Source of the DNA: Mobula hypostoma
Lineage: Eukaryota
Assembly (NCBI RefSeq): GCF_963921235.1
Contig: NC_086097.1
Span: 93,002,001-93,066,000, forward strand
Reading direction: 5' to 3'
Length of the DNA: 64,000 nucleotides
Under the pieces are notes generated by a model, which worked only from the letters and a program-made list of their open reading frames with translations, had not been told where the DNA came from and made no database searches. Shown here piece after piece: positions 62,158 to 64,000 of the stretch. How positions within the stretch are numbered: the first letter of the stretch is position 1; each line of letters starts with the position of its first letter. The translations under genes and the position numbers were made by a program.

Positions 62158-63554
62158 TTGTGGAATATACCTAATATCAATCAAAACAGTAGAAGGTGCC
62201 ACCGACAGTTCCCACCTCACTGATACACAGTTGTGAATTCCTCTTGACTCTTATTCCAGGCGTCATCTTATCCTTGAACTAAACATGGAGAAAGGAAATG
62301 AATTCCAGGCGCTAGATGCCTTCTTTGTGAAGGCAGCATTTAACTGACTGTACATAAGGGAGTTCTAATAAAATTGAAATGGGGTTAGAAGAGGGAATAG
62401 CTTTCACTAGTTTGAATCCTGCTTTTCACCAAGGAGAGTGGTTGAAAGTTGTGAAAGAAATGTTGTGAACAATCTTTTAAGGGGGTCACCAAGGCCAGCT
62501 ACTTGTTCTCACATTTTCCCACCTCCCCCAGATATTGATAATATTCAGGCAAATGCTGACAAGTGTTGGTTCCTGCCTGAATTTGTTTTTATTGATGCAA
62601 CAAGTGTCTAACTGTTTCTTTAGCCATTCAGTAGCATTTCCAAATTAGCCTAAAGTAATTATTGTAGGGTTTTCCTTTAATTTAAAAGGAATTAGACAAG
62701 CTACACACAGCAGGTCAAAGGCTGGTTGTTCTGCAACTCCTGTCCCACCTCATGACTTTTCAACTTATTCCACCACTTACAGTAATCAGGGATGCATGGA
62801 TAAGCACAGCTCCACCTATACAAAAACTACATAGAATCCAGGACAAAGCAACTACTTTTGTAGGCATTCCATGCATCCCACCACCTCCTCTGCAATGTAC
62901 CTTTTTTAAGGTGCTCTCAAGCCATTTAAAATTTCATTTTGATGGCTGTTGTCAGTGATCACCTGGATGGGCAAAGGTAGGAGTGTCATCGGAGCCTGCA
63001 AGTGTCCTTCCATGTCACAACATCCTGACTTGGAAATATTTTGCTTCATTATCACTGTGTCAAAATTCTGAAGCTTGGTCTCAGTTCTTTCAGAGTTGCA
63101 GTGGTTCAAGGTGAAAGTTCACCACCATCTTACAACTGCCCTTGAGATAGCTGATACTTACTTGCTTTAAATTAGAAGAGATTGTCTGTAATGCCCATAT
63201 CTCTTAATAAAACCAAAAAATAAATAATAAACTGAATTCATTCTCAAATTACCATGATTATATTTCATTTGGTGTTCTTTTGTTGAAAGACAGTTGCCCT
63301 AGTGATACACTTGGGAAATAGTACGCTATCAAAATTATTGTCTTTAAAATACGTTAAATTGCTCTGGCAGAAGCACAAGCCCTCCCATGCTATTCCTTTA
63401 TTTTTCAAGGGAAAAATGTTGAAAGTAGTGTGGAAATGTTAGTTGAGGTGATGTTGTATTTATGTCCTCCTCAGTGCCCCTTTAACATTGTACAGTGTCC
63501 TTCCAATGGAGCAGTTTTTAAAAAAAAAAAGAGCACATGACTGAAGCCGGTTTG

Positions 63555-63925
63555 TTGACAGGGCTCATTCATTATGCACCAAGTCTTCTGTTGTGGGCAA
63601 TCATGGTCTTACCATGATTGTTCTTGACAGATTTTTCTTGCAGAAGTGGTTTGCTATTACCTTCTGGGCTGTGTCCTTACAAGACTGGTGAGCCCAGCCA
63701 TTATCAATACTCTTCAGAGATTGTCTGCCTGGTGTCAGTGGTTGCAGAACTTCTGATATTCACCAGCTGCTCGTACAACCATCCACCACCTGCTCTCATG
63801 GCTTCACGTGACCCTGCTCAGTAAATAGGTGCTACACCTTGCCCAAAGATGACCTGCAGGCTAGCGGAGAGCAGGAGTGCCCCACACCTCCCTTGGTAGA
63901 GGTGTATCTCCCACTCCGCCACCCA
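63555..63925 (-). mobile_element. RTE-related SINE-like element
   Basis: CAGAAGTGGTTTGCTATTACCTTC resembles the RTE/Sauria-SINE-type motif (gaaggcaatggcaaaccac). The family assignment is from memory. Confidence 0.45.
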
Positions 63926-64000
63926 AGTTAACAGAGCAGAAGTGAAAAAGGATGAAGTAAGACTGGCAGCAAACATAAAAGGGAATCCAGAAACATTCTG

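Noticed and set aside
51668..64000. BAH-domain exons of BAHD1
   Set aside because: I searched by eye for sequence like ..VRDTVLLKSGP..YVAKISALWE and did not find it. They are presumed downstream, though a short exon could have been missed.

Overview
This is vertebrate genomic DNA. The repeat content (CR1, Rex1-like and Tx1 LINEs, HE1-type SINEs, GIY-YIG Penelope remnants) points to a cartilaginous fish, probably a ray; this is inference. The window holds the 5' part of BAHD1 on the + strand: a CpG-island promoter (~10.9-13.0 kb), a probable non-coding first exon ending at 12408, a ~30 kb intron, and two coding exons (42635-44199, 51276-51667) that splice in phase. I did not find the BAH-domain exons, which probably lie downstream. 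The rest is intergenic or intronic DNA dense with transposable elements, including a full-length dead IR/DR Tc1, an internally deleted Tigger, and young-looking L1 and CR1 insertions. The most notable items are a Penelope-derived palindrome carrying two minimal hammerhead ribozymes, a composite Tc1-type MITE whose terminal mini-hairpins occur in both orientations, a foldback Tc1 made of two 3' halves, a candidate 15-nt microexon or recursive splice site, and uORFs around the BAHD1 start. No prokaryotic, CRISPR, rRNA or intact tRNA features were seen. Family names come from recognising motifs, not from database searches.
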